Shown: positions 16,945-27,410 of the stretch, one piece after another | Layout of the letters: every line of letters begins with the position of its first letter | Numbering within the stretch: position 1 is the stretch's first letter | From: PVC group bacterium | GTDB taxonomy: Bacteria; Omnitrophota; Gorgyraeia; B26-G9 | Direction of reading: 5' to 3' | Assembly (NCBI GenBank): GCA_024231215.1 | Contig: JAAEQR010000142.1 | Span: 420,593 to 484,592, forward strand | DNA length: 64,000 nt | Notes under the pieces: model-generated | Told to the model about the DNA's origin: nothing | Seen by the model: the letters and a program-made list of their open reading frames with translations, nothing else | Databases searched by the model: none | Position numbers and translations under genes: made by a program

Positions 16945-18270
16945 CTGCTTTTTCGGCCAGTATTTCTTAGTTATTTCTTCTTTAATTCCAACTTCTTCTT
17001 TCTTAAAATACGCCCCGAACAGCTTCCAGGAAGTATCAAGCATCTGATCAATTTCAACATTCACATCAATCGCTAATAATTCACGCGCATAATTTAATGC
17101 AAACTTCAGACATCGTTCATCATAATCGCTTAAATCAAATCCGTTTTCCTGTTTTGTTTTAGCGTTTGCCGCGTCCGCATAAAGACGTACACCCGCGTTC
17201 ATCACTTGAGGATGGTCTTCCCGACTGCGCTTACCAATAACCAACTGTTTCAAACGGGAAAGACTGCGGAACGGATCAACTATAACTTTGGAGATATCCG
17301 TATTGCGGCGTAAAAACAACTGACCTTCGGTGATATAGCCGGTGTTATCCGGGATAGCATGCGTAATATCACCGCCGCTTAAAGTCGTTACCGCGATAAT
17401 TGTAATTGATCCCTTTTCAAACTGCACTGCCTTTTCATATATTTTAGCCAGATCACTATAGAGTGATCCCGGCATACTATCTTTAGACGGGATTTGATCC
17501 ATACGATTGGATACAATGCTTAATGCATCACAAAACAAAGTCATATCCGTTAACAATACAAGAACATTCTCATTTTTCTCTACAGCAAAATATTCAGCCG
17601 CAGTAAGCGCCATATCCGGGATAAGCAGACGTTCAACCGGCGGATCATCTGTGGTATTAATAAAACACGAGATCTTTTCTAATACTCCGGCATCTTCAAA
17701 TACACGACGATAATACAGATAATCATCATTTGATAATCCCATACCACCTAATATAATTCTATCTGCTCCAGCACGTAAAGCTACATTGGCCATAACCTGA
17801 TTATACGGTTGATCCGAATCAGCAAAAAAAGGGATTTTCTGTCCGGTAACCAAAGTATTATTCAAATCAATTCCGGCAATACCGGTAGTAATCAATTCTG
17901 AAGGCTGCTGCCGACGTACCGGATTAACACTTGGGCCTCCAATAGCTGTTTTTACACCTTCTAACTCCGGACCTCCGTCAATCGGCTGACCATAAGCATT
18001 AAAAAATCTTCCAGAGAGATCAGAGCCTATTTTTAAAGTCGGCGGCTCTTTTAAAAATATAACATCCACATCATTTCCAATCCCCTGTGTCCCGGAAAAT
18101 ACCTGTAAGGTAACCAAGTCTCCCTGAATTTTCACTACCTGCGCCGGACGACCGTCAATTAAAGCCATCTCCTCGTTCATTACATCCTGAGCCCGTAAAG
18201 AACACGTTGCCTTAGTAATCTGTTCTATCTTTGTATATACTGTAGCAAAAGCTGAAGCCTGCCTCTTCAT
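16939..18270 (-). CDS. ntpB: V-type ATPase subunit B
   Basis: 443 aa. Non-catalytic nucleotide-binding subunit with F1-alpha/beta-like core. Confidence 0.9.
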   Translation of the reverse strand: MKRQASAFATVYTKIEQITKATCSLRAQDVMNEEMALIDGRPAQVVKIQGDLVTLQVFSGTQGIGNDVDVIFLKEPPTLKIGSDLSGRFFNAYGQPIDGGPELEGVKTAIGGPSVNPVRRQQPSELITTGIAGIDLNNTLVTGQKIPFFADSDQPYNQVMANVALRAGADRIILGGMGLSNDDYLYYRRVFEDAGVLEKISCFINTTDDPPVERLLIPDMALTAAEYFAVEKNENVLVLLTDMTLFCDALSIVSNRMDQIPSKDSMPGSLYSDLAKIYEKAVQFEKGSITIIAVTTLSGGDITHAIPDNTGYITEGQLFLRRNTDISKVIVDPFRSLSRLKQLVIGKRSREDHPQVMNAGVRLYADAANAKTKQENGFDLSDYDERCLKFALNYARELLAIDVNVEIDQMLDTSWKLFGAYFKKEEVGIKEEITKKYWPKKQP

Positions 18271-18281
18271 AATATTACTCC

Positions 18282-20048
18282 TTAATTCTTATCATTAATA
18301 ACTCTCTCCATTAATGTACTTTGTAGTTCATCTTCAAATTTCTTAAACTCGTTATTTTGAAACTCAGAAAAATTCATCTGTTTTATAAGATTTATAAGCT
18401 TCTTGAAATATGGGGCAACATCTATAAAATTGTCAAAATCAAAATCATCTTTACATATATTATGGATAATATCCATCATATAGCGCTGTCTCTCCATAGA
18501 AGTAACTTTATCTACCGGATCAAACGCATCCTGCTGCAAAAATCCAAAATCTATCAATTCCGATTTCCAGTAAGCTTCGTGGTAGTCCGTAGGCACACTA
18601 TCATCACCCAAAATATTGATCTGGTCATAAGCTTCTTTTCCACGCAGCAAAATATCTCTTATAAACAACACCTTTTCCACCCAATGCGGTTCCAAATGTT
18701 TTTGCATGTATTCCTGAACTTCTTGATATTCAAGATACTTTGAATAGCTTTCAATTGTATCAATCGCCGGATATCTTCGGCTGTCTGCTCTTTTCTGAGC
18801 CAGAGCATAAAAACAACGTGCAACTTTTTTGGTTGATTCGGTAACCGGTTCTTTCAAATTACCTCCAGCCGGGCTAACCGTACCAATAAATGTAATCGAA
18901 CCTTTTTCTCCGTTATGCAATTCTACTAATCCGGATCGAGAATAAAAATTAGCAATAATTGCCGATAAATCCATCGGGAAAGCATCCGGCCCGGGCAGTT
19001 CTTCCATCCGATTGGACATCTCCCTTAAAGCTTGTGCCCAACGAGAAGTAGAATCAGCTAAAAGCAGTACTTTCAGGCCCATTTGCCGGTAATATTCACC
19101 AATTGTCATTGCCGTGTATACAGATGCTTCACGTGCTGCTACCGGCATATTTGAGGTATTACAAATAATGATTGTCCGTTCAATAAGTTTTCGGCCCGTA
19201 CGAGGATCATCTAATTCCGGATATTCTTTAAATATTTCTACCACTTCGTTTGCACGCTCCCCACAAGCACAAATAATTACCAAATCCACCTGAGCATTTG
19301 CAGCAATAATATGCTGCAATACTGTCTTCCCACAGCCAAATGGACCGGGAATAAATCCGGTCCCGCCTTCTACAATCGGATTGATTGTATCAATCAAGCG
19401 CACACCTGTTTCTAACGGCTTAAATGCAATCGGTTTATTCGCATATACTTTCACCGGAACTTTCACGGGTAATCGCTGAGACATTTGTATTTGCTGAGTC
19501 TTTCCGTCTGAGTTTTTTAGCACAGCAATCGTATCTTTGGTAGTATACTTACCTTTGGATTTCAGTGATTCTATTTCCCATAATCCGTCCAGTAAAAATG
19601 GAACCATTATTTTATGGTCGATCCAGTTTTCCTTTACCTGCCCAATCCAGTCCCCGGCCTGCACACGATCGCCAGGCTTGGCGATTGGTTCAAAATCCCA
19701 TTTTGTCTCATACGAAAAAGCCGGGGGCATCTCCCCCCTTTTCAGAAAAACTCCGGTCATTGCTTCTAGATCACTCTGTAATCCATCGTATCTTTTAGAT
19801 AATAGTCCCGGGCCAACCTCAACCTCAAGCATATGCTCGGTAAATTCAACCGGAGCACCCATTTTTAATCCACGAGTACTTTCAAATACCTGGGTAAATA
19901 CTTTTTGTCCATCGATCTTAATTACTTCGCCCTGGATATTTATATTATCCAACGTAATATGACATATTTCATTTTGACTTACCGGGCCATCCACCTCGAT
20001 AGTTACCAGGTTTGATACTACGCCAATTACTTTTCCTTTAGTCGCCAT
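18282..20048 (-). CDS. ntpA: V-type ATPase catalytic subunit A
   Basis: 588 aa. P-loop GPFGCGKTVLQ plus the non-homologous insert typical of A subunits. Confidence 0.9.
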   Translation of the reverse strand: MATKGKVIGVVSNLVTIEVDGPVSQNEICHITLDNINIQGEVIKIDGQKVFTQVFESTRGLKMGAPVEFTEHMLEVEVGPGLLSKRYDGLQSDLEAMTGVFLKRGEMPPAFSYETKWDFEPIAKPGDRVQAGDWIGQVKENWIDHKIMVPFLLDGLWEIESLKSKGKYTTKDTIAVLKNSDGKTQQIQMSQRLPVKVPVKVYANKPIAFKPLETGVRLIDTINPIVEGGTGFIPGPFGCGKTVLQHIIAANAQVDLVIICACGERANEVVEIFKEYPELDDPRTGRKLIERTIIICNTSNMPVAAREASVYTAMTIGEYYRQMGLKVLLLADSTSRWAQALREMSNRMEELPGPDAFPMDLSAIIANFYSRSGLVELHNGEKGSITFIGTVSPAGGNLKEPVTESTKKVARCFYALAQKRADSRRYPAIDTIESYSKYLEYQEVQEYMQKHLEPHWVEKVLFIRDILLRGKEAYDQINILGDDSVPTDYHEAYWKSELIDFGFLQQDAFDPVDKVTSMERQRYMMDIIHNICKDDFDFDNFIDVAPYFKKLINLIKQMNFSEFQNNEFKKFEDELQSTLMERVINDKN

Positions 20049-20077
20049 TACATCCTCCGTATGAATTCTTTATAGTC

Positions 20078-20878
20078 TTAAGATATTTCCTGCATCGCTA
20101 CTTCAGTTATCTTGTTAAATACTTCGCTGCCTCTTTGCTCATCCAGCTGGATCCAGCGTTCTACCATCATTAGTTTCATAAGGTATCCTAACAATACATC
20201 TATTTCAAAATATTGGAACATATTGATCTGATCTATTTTCCCCCAGCGCAGCTGATCAATATATTTCTCACTGTGCACCGCATCATTATTATTAAAGCTC
20301 TCAATTAAAGCCTGAATATAATCAATTTCTCCGGATAATCCAAAGTCACCGGCATTACTAATTTTCAACTGATTAATAATATAAGAATCATCTTCAGCCT
20401 CAACTAAATTCACTTTTTCCAAATTAAACCTGCGTTTATTTAAAACTGCCAAAGTATTGCGCAGAGTCAAATCAAATTCAAAATAACAACGAATAAACTG
20501 ATTTTCATGTACTGTCATCTTAGAGTAGAACCCGGAAAACAACATCCTCTCTAATTCCTCACGCGAAAAAATAACATCTTCTCTTTTTTTTCGTTTAACT
20601 TCAGTCAGAAAAGAAGCTATATAATCATCTGCGACAAGTTCATGATCCTGCAGTTTTTCTTGCCATTCTTTTGCCTTGGGGCTATCAAGTCCAAGCACTG
20701 CGTCAACAATAGGTTTATTATCATATAGGCATAGAATATCCCTAACATAACCAAAATCTCTATCTATTAGACCCTCGGAAAGTTCGCTCACAAATTCTTT
20801 TACTCGATACGGCTCTTTATAATCATCTAAGTGCAATTCCGGCAACCCAGTAACTAAACAGTAATAATTATTTTTCAT
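20078..20878 (-). CDS. V-ATPase-associated protein (DUF2764-like; occupies the position of subunit C in Bacteroidetes-type operons)
   Basis: 266 aa, no P-loop. Sits between E and A exactly as in Bacteroidetes/Spirochaete V-ATPase operons as I recall them. Assignment is by position and recollection only. Confidence 0.5.
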   Translation of the reverse strand: MKNNYYCLVTGLPELHLDDYKEPYRVKEFVSELSEGLIDRDFGYVRDILCLYDNKPIVDAVLGLDSPKAKEWQEKLQDHELVADDYIASFLTEVKRKKREDVIFSREELERMLFSGFYSKMTVHENQFIRCYFEFDLTLRNTLAVLNKRRFNLEKVNLVEAEDDSYIINQLKISNAGDFGLSGEIDYIQALIESFNNNDAVHSEKYIDQLRWGKIDQINMFQYFEIDVLLGYLMKLMMVERWIQLDEQRGSEVFNKITEVAMQEIS

Positions 20879-20884
20879 AGTTAT

Positions 20885-21505
20885 TTATTCCGACTTAAAA
20901 AGAAACTCTTTCATTCGGGGACGCAAAAAATAGTCAATCAATGATTTAAAATCAGCTTCCGTAAAACCAATCCGATAATTACCATCTTCCGGAGAGATAA
21001 CAAATCCGCTTTTGATATTTTCGTCAAATTCAATTTTCAACCCTTTGTCCAGTTCTTCTTTACCTTTCTCAAGCAAATACTCCTGGATATTCTTCTGCAT
21101 ATCTGCCGGTAATCTCAAATAAAACTGCTGTCCCTGGCTGTGACCGCCGCAAATCCATTCTTTCATAATTACAAGAACTGTCTTTTTCAGGAATTCAGAG
21201 TCATCTATTAACCCTGTTGCCGAAGATTTAGCTACTTTTTTAGAAATCATTCCCGTAATCTTCTGCCGCAAAAGAGATAAAGACTGTTGCGATGCCATCC
21301 TTATTTCTGATTCCGCCCGCTTTCTTAAGTCTTCTGCTTCCTTACGGGCCGCAGCTGTGATATCTTCTGCTTCCTGCCTGGCTGCACGTAATATCTTTTT
21401 CTTCTCTGCTTCTGCGGTTTGAATAATCTTTGCCGCCTCTTCTTTTGCTTTGCCAATACCTTCGTCGTAAATCTGTTTCGTCAGTTTTTCAAGCTTATCT
21501 GTCAT
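20885..21505 (-). CDS. ntpE: V-type ATPase subunit E
   Basis: 206 aa. Highly charged coiled-coil N-terminus with EAEKKKILRAARQEAEDI, globular C-terminus. Confidence 0.75.
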   Translation of the reverse strand: MTDKLEKLTKQIYDEGIGKAKEEAAKIIQTAEAEKKKILRAARQEAEDITAAARKEAEDLRKRAESEIRMASQQSLSLLRQKITGMISKKVAKSSATGLIDDSEFLKKTVLVIMKEWICGGHSQGQQFYLRLPADMQKNIQEYLLEKGKEELDKGLKIEFDENIKSGFVISPEDGNYRIGFTEADFKSLIDYFLRPRMKEFLFKSE

Positions 21506-21529
21506 TTTTTCACCTCTTTAATAAGTAGA

Positions 21530-21550
21530 CGATTTACGGCACGTAAATCG
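21530..21550. promoter_or_regulatory. Perfect 9-bp inverted repeat CGATTTACG-GCA-CGTAAATCG about 25-45 nt upstream of the ntpE start; candidate operator
   Basis: Perfect palindrome seen directly. Not followed by a U-tract on either strand, so unlikely to be a terminator. Confidence 0.3.
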
Positions 21551-21660
21551 TAGGCCTTAATTAAACCCCGTGTATCGAGGTAACTATAGATTAAAGTAGT
21601 TTTTATTATATACCAAGTAAGGCTGGAAATAAAGAGGAATATACTAGGATTGATCCTGGG

Positions 21661-22701
21661 CTAAATAGACTCTGCTATAAACAATGTGTATTTTATTTTC
21701 TCAAGATCCTGATCTAAAATATCAACAGGAATAAACTTTATTCTCCCTAAACTACGACGCTCTTCTTCTGTTGCGAATTCTTTTTGTACCTGTTCTTCCA
21801 CTGTCGTTTTAAAACTGGATACAACTTGTTTTATTGCACTATTTTGTTCACCCAGCACAACTACAGGAGATGAACTCTTATTCTTTTTTCTGCCTGGGAA
21901 TATGATATTACGTAATGTCTGTCCTATTCCCTGCTTTTGCTTTCCGCTCAATTCCTGTTCGATTTTTTCTGTCTGCCGCAGTATGTCAAACAAAATATCT
22001 TGCCGTTTCCACTTAGCCCCAAGATATCTTATCCATTCTACCCAGTTAATGACATTAGCCACAAAAAGAGTTATAATAGCTGCAGTTAAAAATCCCATTC
22101 CCATCACACAGCTAAACATCATAACGGCAATAGCCCCAAAAAACCCGCAAAATACCGACACAAATACAAAAACATATCCACTCTCATGGACTATTTTCGT
22201 ATTTTTCTTTGCCGCTTCTCTTTCCGCATTTTTCTTTGTCCGATATTCAGCATACCATCCCAAGCCTAGTATCCATAAAACCGAAATGACATAAAGAGGT
22301 ATGCCTTTTAAAACACATGCTAAGACACAAGTAGCACCTACAACCACTAGTCCTTTAAAACAAGCATCTATTAATACCTGGACCTCATCACTGTTGCATA
22401 AAAATGTCCACAACAATTGAATTTCATCACGAATAGTTTTTAATATAGATTCATTCTTATCTGGAACATTACTCTCTGCTGTCTCATCTATAGACTTATT
22501 TAGATTAATACTGAAAAGTTGCTGGATACTATTATGCGAAATAACAACTTGGGGAGATAATGTATCATTCTTGAATTGTATTGAAGTAGACGAGTAATTA
22601 TCATCAGCACTCCACGCAATATTACCAACAATCATCGCATGAATAATAATTACCGCTAAGCATTTGAATATTAAACTGTATTTAACTTGTCTTATAGTCA
22701 T
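21661..22701 (-). CDS. Hypothetical membrane protein (signal peptide, exported N-domain, 3-4 TM helices, charged cytoplasmic tail)
   Basis: 346 aa with hydrophobic segments. No family recognised. Confidence 0.5.
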   Translation of the reverse strand: MTIRQVKYSLIFKCLAVIIIHAMIVGNIAWSADDNYSSTSIQFKNDTLSPQVVISHNSIQQLFSINLNKSIDETAESNVPDKNESILKTIRDEIQLLWTFLCNSDEVQVLIDACFKGLVVVGATCVLACVLKGIPLYVISVLWILGLGWYAEYRTKKNAEREAAKKNTKIVHESGYVFVFVSVFCGFFGAIAVMMFSCVMGMGFLTAAIITLFVANVINWVEWIRYLGAKWKRQDILFDILRQTEKIEQELSGKQKQGIGQTLRNIIFPGRKKNKSSSPVVVLGEQNSAIKQVVSSFKTTVEEQVQKEFATEEERRSLGRIKFIPVDILDQDLEKIKYTLFIAESI

Positions 22702-22823
22702 TAGTTATACCTTGTCTAAATATGTCTGGCAAGTATACCACAGAATAAGGTTTTTACAAGCATATTTACATAACCAATTACTATAAAACATATTATGAAG
22801 ATTAATCGATATGCTTCGGTAGG

Positions 22824-23660
22824 TTAATTGCTATTATTAGGTAAGGATTCCTGAACACGGGTTATTGATCTTGCTTTTCCATCCTGTTCATCAATATCAA
22901 TAATTACTCCCTGCAATTGCACATTCTCTTCAGCAACTTCAAAACGAGTCGGTACATGGGTTAAAAAACGCACTAAAACTTGTTCTTTTTTACGGCCGAT
23001 AACTGAATCAATCGGCCCGGTCATTCCGACATCGGTAATATAAGCGGTATGATTATGCTCCGGAAGTATCCTTTCGTCTGCAGTCTGCACATGAGTATGA
23101 GTGCCTAAAACCGCAGTTGCCTTGCCGTTTAAATACCAGCCTAAGGCTACTTTTTCGCTGGTTGCTTCAGCATGAATATCCACAATCACAATATTGGTTT
23201 CCTGCTTAATTTTCTCAAGCAAAGCCATACTCGTATGAAAAGGACAGTCCAGAGAATCCATAAACACCCGGCCGTTAACATTAATAATTCCAACTTTAAC
23301 ACTATCATTAACCGGAATAACTACAGAGCCCTTACCTGCTGCACCTTCGGGATAATTGGCCGGACGAAGTAATCGCTCTTCTCCCGCGATTAGCTCCAAA
23401 GCTTCTCTGCGTTTAAAAATATGATCTCCGGAAGTAACAACATCCACCCCAGATCGTATCAACTGCTGAAAGATCTTGGGAGTTATCCCGGAACCGCCAG
23501 CCGCATTCTCTCCGTTAGCAATAACAAAGTTTATTCCCTCACGCTGTTTTAAAAGCGGTACGATTTTATCGACTGCTCTTCGGCCCGGCTCTCCGACAAT
23601 GTCACCGATCATAAGTATCTTCATGGAAGTCCCTTTATTTAGAGTAATTCCAAATTCCAC
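22824..23660 (-). CDS. ymdB: YmdB-type metallophosphoesterase (2',3'-cyclic-nucleotide phosphodiesterase family)
   Basis: MKILMIGDIVGEPGRRAV...VIANGENAAGGSGIT is a YmdB (TIGR00282-like) signature. Likely start at 23624 (MKILMIGD, AAGGGA RBS). Lies downstream of rny as in Bacillus. Confidence 0.8.
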   Translation of the reverse strand: MEFGITLNKGTSMKILMIGDIVGEPGRRAVDKIVPLLKQREGINFVIANGENAAGGSGITPKIFQQLIRSGVDVVTSGDHIFKRREALELIAGEERLLRPANYPEGAAGKGSVVIPVNDSVKVGIINVNGRVFMDSLDCPFHTSMALLEKIKQETNIVIVDIHAEATSEKVALGWYLNGKATAVLGTHTHVQTADERILPEHNHTAYITDVGMTGPIDSVIGRKKEQVLVRFLTHVPTRFEVAEENVQLQGVIIDIDEQDGKARSITRVQESLPNNSN

Positions 23661-23719
23661 ATTACAAATTCCAAATTAAAAGATTTTTAATCTGAGATAT
23701 GGAATCTGTAATCTGTGAT
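23645..23719. repeat. Bipartite heptanucleotide arrays in the rny-ymdB junction (5 x AMATTCC at 23645-23679; 4 x CTGWRAT at 23692-23719)
   Basis: taattcc aaattcc acattac aaattcc aaattaa, then a 12-nt spacer, then ctgagat atggaat ctgtaat ctgtgat. The first block abuts the ymdB RBS; the second abuts the rny stop. Confidence 0.6.
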
Positions 23720-25294
23720 TTACTTCGCGTACTCTACAACTCTTTTTTCTCTAATAACCGTTACTTTTATCTGCCCCGGATAATCCAGCTCGTTTTCAAT
23801 CCGCTTGGCAATATCACGTGATAAGATCACTGATTCCTGATCTCCAATCTTATCCGGTTTAACTATAACTCTTATCTCACGGCCTGCCTGAATCGCAAAT
23901 GCCTTATCTACTCCTTTAAAAGAATCAGCTATTGATTCTAGTTTTGTCAACCGTTTAATATAACTCTCTAAGGTCTCTCTTCTGGCTCCAGGCCGGGTAG
24001 CACTTATCGCGTCCGCCGCCTGAACAAGCACCCCATAAATTGATTTAGATTCTACTTCATTATGATGCGCTGCTATTGCATTAAGTACCGTATCGTTTTC
24101 GCCGTATTTCCTGGCCAGATCAGAACCGATCCCGGCATGAGTCCCTTCCATATCATGATCCACTGCTTTACCAAGATCATGAAGTAACCCAATCCGTTTT
24201 GCTAAGTTAACATCAAACTCCAGCTCTCCCGCTAAAAGGCTCATAAGAAATGCTACTTCTTTAGCGTGCTGCAAGACATTCTGTCCATAACTGGTACGAT
24301 AGCGGAGTCTACCTAGAAGTTTAACTACCTCAGGATGTATTCGCTGTACTCCCACATCAAATACAGCCTTTTCCCCTTCTTCTTTCAAGCTTTGATCCAT
24401 CTCTTTCTTAACTTTCTCTACCACTTCTTCAATACGTGCCGGATGAATACGACCGTTTGTGATCAATCGTTCTAAAGACAACCTAGCAATCTCCCGACGA
24501 ATAGAATCGAACCCGGAAAGAGTTACCGCTTCGGGGGTATCATCTATAATCACATCAATTCCTGTAGCTACTTCCAAAGCCCGGATATTCCGGCCCTCAC
24601 GTCCAATAATCCGGCCTTTCATATCATCATTTGGCAGACTAACAACACTTACGGTTGATTCCACAGTATGTTCTGCCGCACAACGCTGAATCGCCAAACT
24701 GATCAGGTGTTTCGCTTTTTTATCTGCAGTGTCCTTTGCCTCGTCTTCTATTCTCTTAATCATCAAGTTGGCATCATAACGCACTTCATCTTCCATGTGT
24801 TGAAGCAATATTTTTCTTGCCTCTTCTGAACTCAAGCCGGAAACTCTCTGCAATTTATCTTTTTCTTCCAAAATTAATTGATTTAATTCATGTTCTTTTT
24901 GTTCATTCAGTTTTTCTTTTTCCGCAAACTGTCTCCCCCTCTGACTTACTTCACGTTCTTTCTTTTCCAATAAATCAAGTTTTCTTTCCAGATTCTCTTC
25001 CCTTTGAATCAACCGACGCTCCAAATTCAATAACTCCTGCCGCCTGTCTTTTGATTCCTTTTCGAACTCTATTCGGGTCTTATAAAGCAAATCTTTTGCC
25101 TCTAACCCAGCCTCTTTTTTCTTTGCCTGAACATAGCGGTCAGCGTCCTGCAAAATTTCTTTTGCTCTTTGTTCTGCTCCCACAATCTTCTTTTCTGCAA
25201 CAAAACGCCGATATATATATCCGGAAACAAAGAAAACTACAGCTACAAATATACCGATCAACATACTGATTGTATTTGCCATGACTATTTGCAC
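23720..25294 (-). CDS. rny: Ribonuclease Y
   Basis: 524 aa. N-terminal TM helix, coiled coil, KH domain ([15 protein letters not shown]), HD domain (HDLGK...H). Confidence 0.9.
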   Translation of the reverse strand: MQIVMANTISMLIGIFVAVVFFVSGYIYRRFVAEKKIVGAEQRAKEILQDADRYVQAKKKEAGLEAKDLLYKTRIEFEKESKDRRQELLNLERRLIQREENLERKLDLLEKKEREVSQRGRQFAEKEKLNEQKEHELNQLILEEKDKLQRVSGLSSEEARKILLQHMEDEVRYDANLMIKRIEDEAKDTADKKAKHLISLAIQRCAAEHTVESTVSVVSLPNDDMKGRIIGREGRNIRALEVATGIDVIIDDTPEAVTLSGFDSIRREIARLSLERLITNGRIHPARIEEVVEKVKKEMDQSLKEEGEKAVFDVGVQRIHPEVVKLLGRLRYRTSYGQNVLQHAKEVAFLMSLLAGELEFDVNLAKRIGLLHDLGKAVDHDMEGTHAGIGSDLARKYGENDTVLNAIAAHHNEVESKSIYGVLVQAADAISATRPGARRETLESYIKRLTKLESIADSFKGVDKAFAIQAGREIRVIVKPDKIGDQESVILSRDIAKRIENELDYPGQIKVTVIREKRVVEYAK

Positions 25295-25414
25295 CTCCTC
25301 AAGAAATATCTAGGATTTCTCATATTACGTTAAACCTATGTGTCTAATATAAAGTCTAGGTTAAAGTGCAAAAAACGGGTAAGATGAAGCCTGAATTTTA
25401 AGTAAAGTCTGTTT

Positions 25415-25969
25415 TCAGGCGAAGATAAGCTTCGTAACGGGAATATCATGTTTCAAAACCGGCACTTGCCTTAGGATTTGTTGTTTAAAGGCAAGACCGA
25501 ACATCGGTATATTTCTCTTTTTGATTTTAGCCAGGAATCTATCAAAGTACCCTCCGCCACGGCCTAAACGATTGCCGAGACTATCAAATGCTAATCCAGG
25601 TACTATCACTAAATTAATACTTTTAAGCAAAACTTTCCGCATAAATTTTCTTTTCGGTTGATAGATTCCATAAGGACCTTCCCCTAGCTCTTTTTCAAAG
25701 TCTTTTAATCGGGAAGGAATTATCTTTTTTTCTTTTACCAATGTCATTGGAACAACTACTTTTTTCCCCATCTTAAGTGTATCTTTAATCATCTCAGACG
25801 TCTCTACTTCTCCGTCTTTTGCTATATAAAACATTACTGTATCTGCTTGTAAAAACTGCTTTTGTGAAAACAACTTCTTCTTTATCGCTAAACTTTTTTT
25901 AAGCCTCTGGGTCTCCTTTTGTCCCTTCAGCTTCTTTTTTATCTGTTCTCTTATTCGTTGTTTATCCAT
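25415..25969 (-). CDS. 5-formyltetrahydrofolate cyclo-ligase
   Basis: 184 aa. MTHFS motifs VVVPGLAFD and GRGGGYFDRFL. Confidence 0.8.
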   Translation of the reverse strand: MDKQRIREQIKKKLKGQKETQRLKKSLAIKKKLFSQKQFLQADTVMFYIAKDGEVETSEMIKDTLKMGKKVVVPMTLVKEKKIIPSRLKDFEKELGEGPYGIYQPKRKFMRKVLLKSINLVIVPGLAFDSLGNRLGRGGGYFDRFLAKIKKRNIPMFGLAFKQQILRQVPVLKHDIPVTKLIFA

Positions 25970-26010
25970 TAAAATTGTACCTTAAACCACTGAAAATGTC
26001 AAGGACAGGG

Positions 26011-26397
26011 CTAATTTGCCTGAAACAGCCAGCCTGCTTTCCCCTTACGAAGTACATGTACAACATAAGAAAGCATGGCTATTGTCAAAAAAGCTTCTGC
26101 CCAGTCAAAATAGACTAAAATAATCCTTAAGGCCAGAATTCCATACACCGCTAACCGGCTCCATTGTTTTAAATCTTTTAAAATAATTCCCACATATATC
26201 TGAAAAGCTGATAATAAGAATAAAATTGTATTAAAAAAATAGGGAAAGACAAAAATACTGGTATTTGCTCCCAAAGCAACGAAATCATCTGCACTCATGA
26301 TCAACCCAATAACCCCATTGAGTATGACCAGAATAGAGGCAATTTTAACCTTTTTGCGTGCTTCTTCTATGCTCCAAGACTCTTGTTTAATCTTCAT
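26011..26397 (-). CDS. Small hypothetical membrane protein (about 4 TM)
   Basis: 128 aa, hydrophobic. No family recognised. Confidence 0.45.
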   Translation of the reverse strand: MKIKQESWSIEEARKKVKIASILVILNGVIGLIMSADDFVALGANTSIFVFPYFFNTILFLLSAFQIYVGIILKDLKQWSRLAVYGILALRIILVYFDWAEAFLTIAMLSYVVHVLRKGKAGWLFQAN

Positions 26398-26444
26398 AAC
26401 GTAAATTATTATAGCATAACAAGGAAAAAGAAGGAAATGAATTA

Positions 26445-27050
26445 TTATGAGTTAAGCAACATGCCTTTTATCGGCTGGAATGTTTTGCGGTGGATCGGAC
26501 AGGGACCATGTTTGTAGATTGCATCACGATGGGCTTTGGTGCCGTAACCTTTGTGACCGGCAAATCCGTACTGCGGATAGAGTTTATCATACTCAACCAT
26601 CATCGCGTCCCGCGTCACCTTGGCGATAATTGACGCACAGGAAATAGATATACTTTTGGCATCACCGTCAATAATTGGAGTACAGGATTGAAAAATTATC
26701 GGTTCATGCGGGCCGTCAACAAGGACCCATTCCGGTTCTTTAGGCAAGTTTTCTATGGCACGCGCCATAGCATCTAATGATGCGCGCAGAATATTGATTT
26801 TATCTATCTGTTCTTCGGTTGAGAATGCATGCGCGTACAAACAATTCGCAGTTATCTCTTCATACGCTTTCTGACGCTGCCGCGGGCTCAATTTTTTAGA
26901 ATCCGCGATCTTTTGCTCAAACACATACTCAGGCGGAACAATTACTGCTGCGGCAACCACAGGACCAGCTAAAGGTCCACGACCGGCTTCATCTACACCG
27001 GCAACAGTCTTAATCCCTTTTGCAAAAAGATCATGTTCAAATGTCCACAT
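26445..27050 (-). CDS. rnhB: Ribonuclease HII
   Basis: 201 aa. VAGVDEAGRGPLAGPVVAAAV signature. Confidence 0.9.
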   Translation of the reverse strand: MWTFEHDLFAKGIKTVAGVDEAGRGPLAGPVVAAAVIVPPEYVFEQKIADSKKLSPRQRQKAYEEITANCLYAHAFSTEEQIDKINILRASLDAMARAIENLPKEPEWVLVDGPHEPIIFQSCTPIIDGDAKSISISCASIIAKVTRDAMMVEYDKLYPQYGFAGHKGYGTKAHRDAIYKHGPCPIHRKTFQPIKGMLLNS

Positions 27051-27053
27051 ATT

Positions 27054-27410
27054 TTATTTAACAGAATTCTTTGCTTTTTTCTCAGCTATTTTAGCACTCT
27101 TACCGGTTCTGCCTCTTAAATAATACAGCTTCGCACGCCGAACTTTACCTTTTCTTAATACATCCAAGCTATCGATCATCGGAGAATGCAAAGGAAATAC
27201 TCTTTCTACTCCTTCTCCATGAGAAATACGCCGAACCGTAAAAGTACTGCTTATTCCAGCACTGCGTTTTCTGATAACCGCACCTTCAAAAGTCTGAATA
27301 CGAAATTTCCCTTCATCTTCCGGGATTTTTACATGAACCTTAACTGTATCCCCGGGAGAAAAATTCACCTCATAAGCTTTATGCTGCTCTTTTGTTTTCT
27401 TCTTACTCAC
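27054..27410 (-). CDS. rplS: 50S ribosomal protein L19
   Basis: 118 aa. [10 protein letters not shown]...[10 protein letters not shown] matches L19. Confidence 0.9.
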   Translation of the reverse strand: MSKKKTKEQHKAYEVNFSPGDTVKVHVKIPEDEGKFRIQTFEGAVIRKRSAGISSTFTVRRISHGEGVERVFPLHSPMIDSLDVLRKGKVRRAKLYYLRGRTGKSAKIAEKKAKNSVK

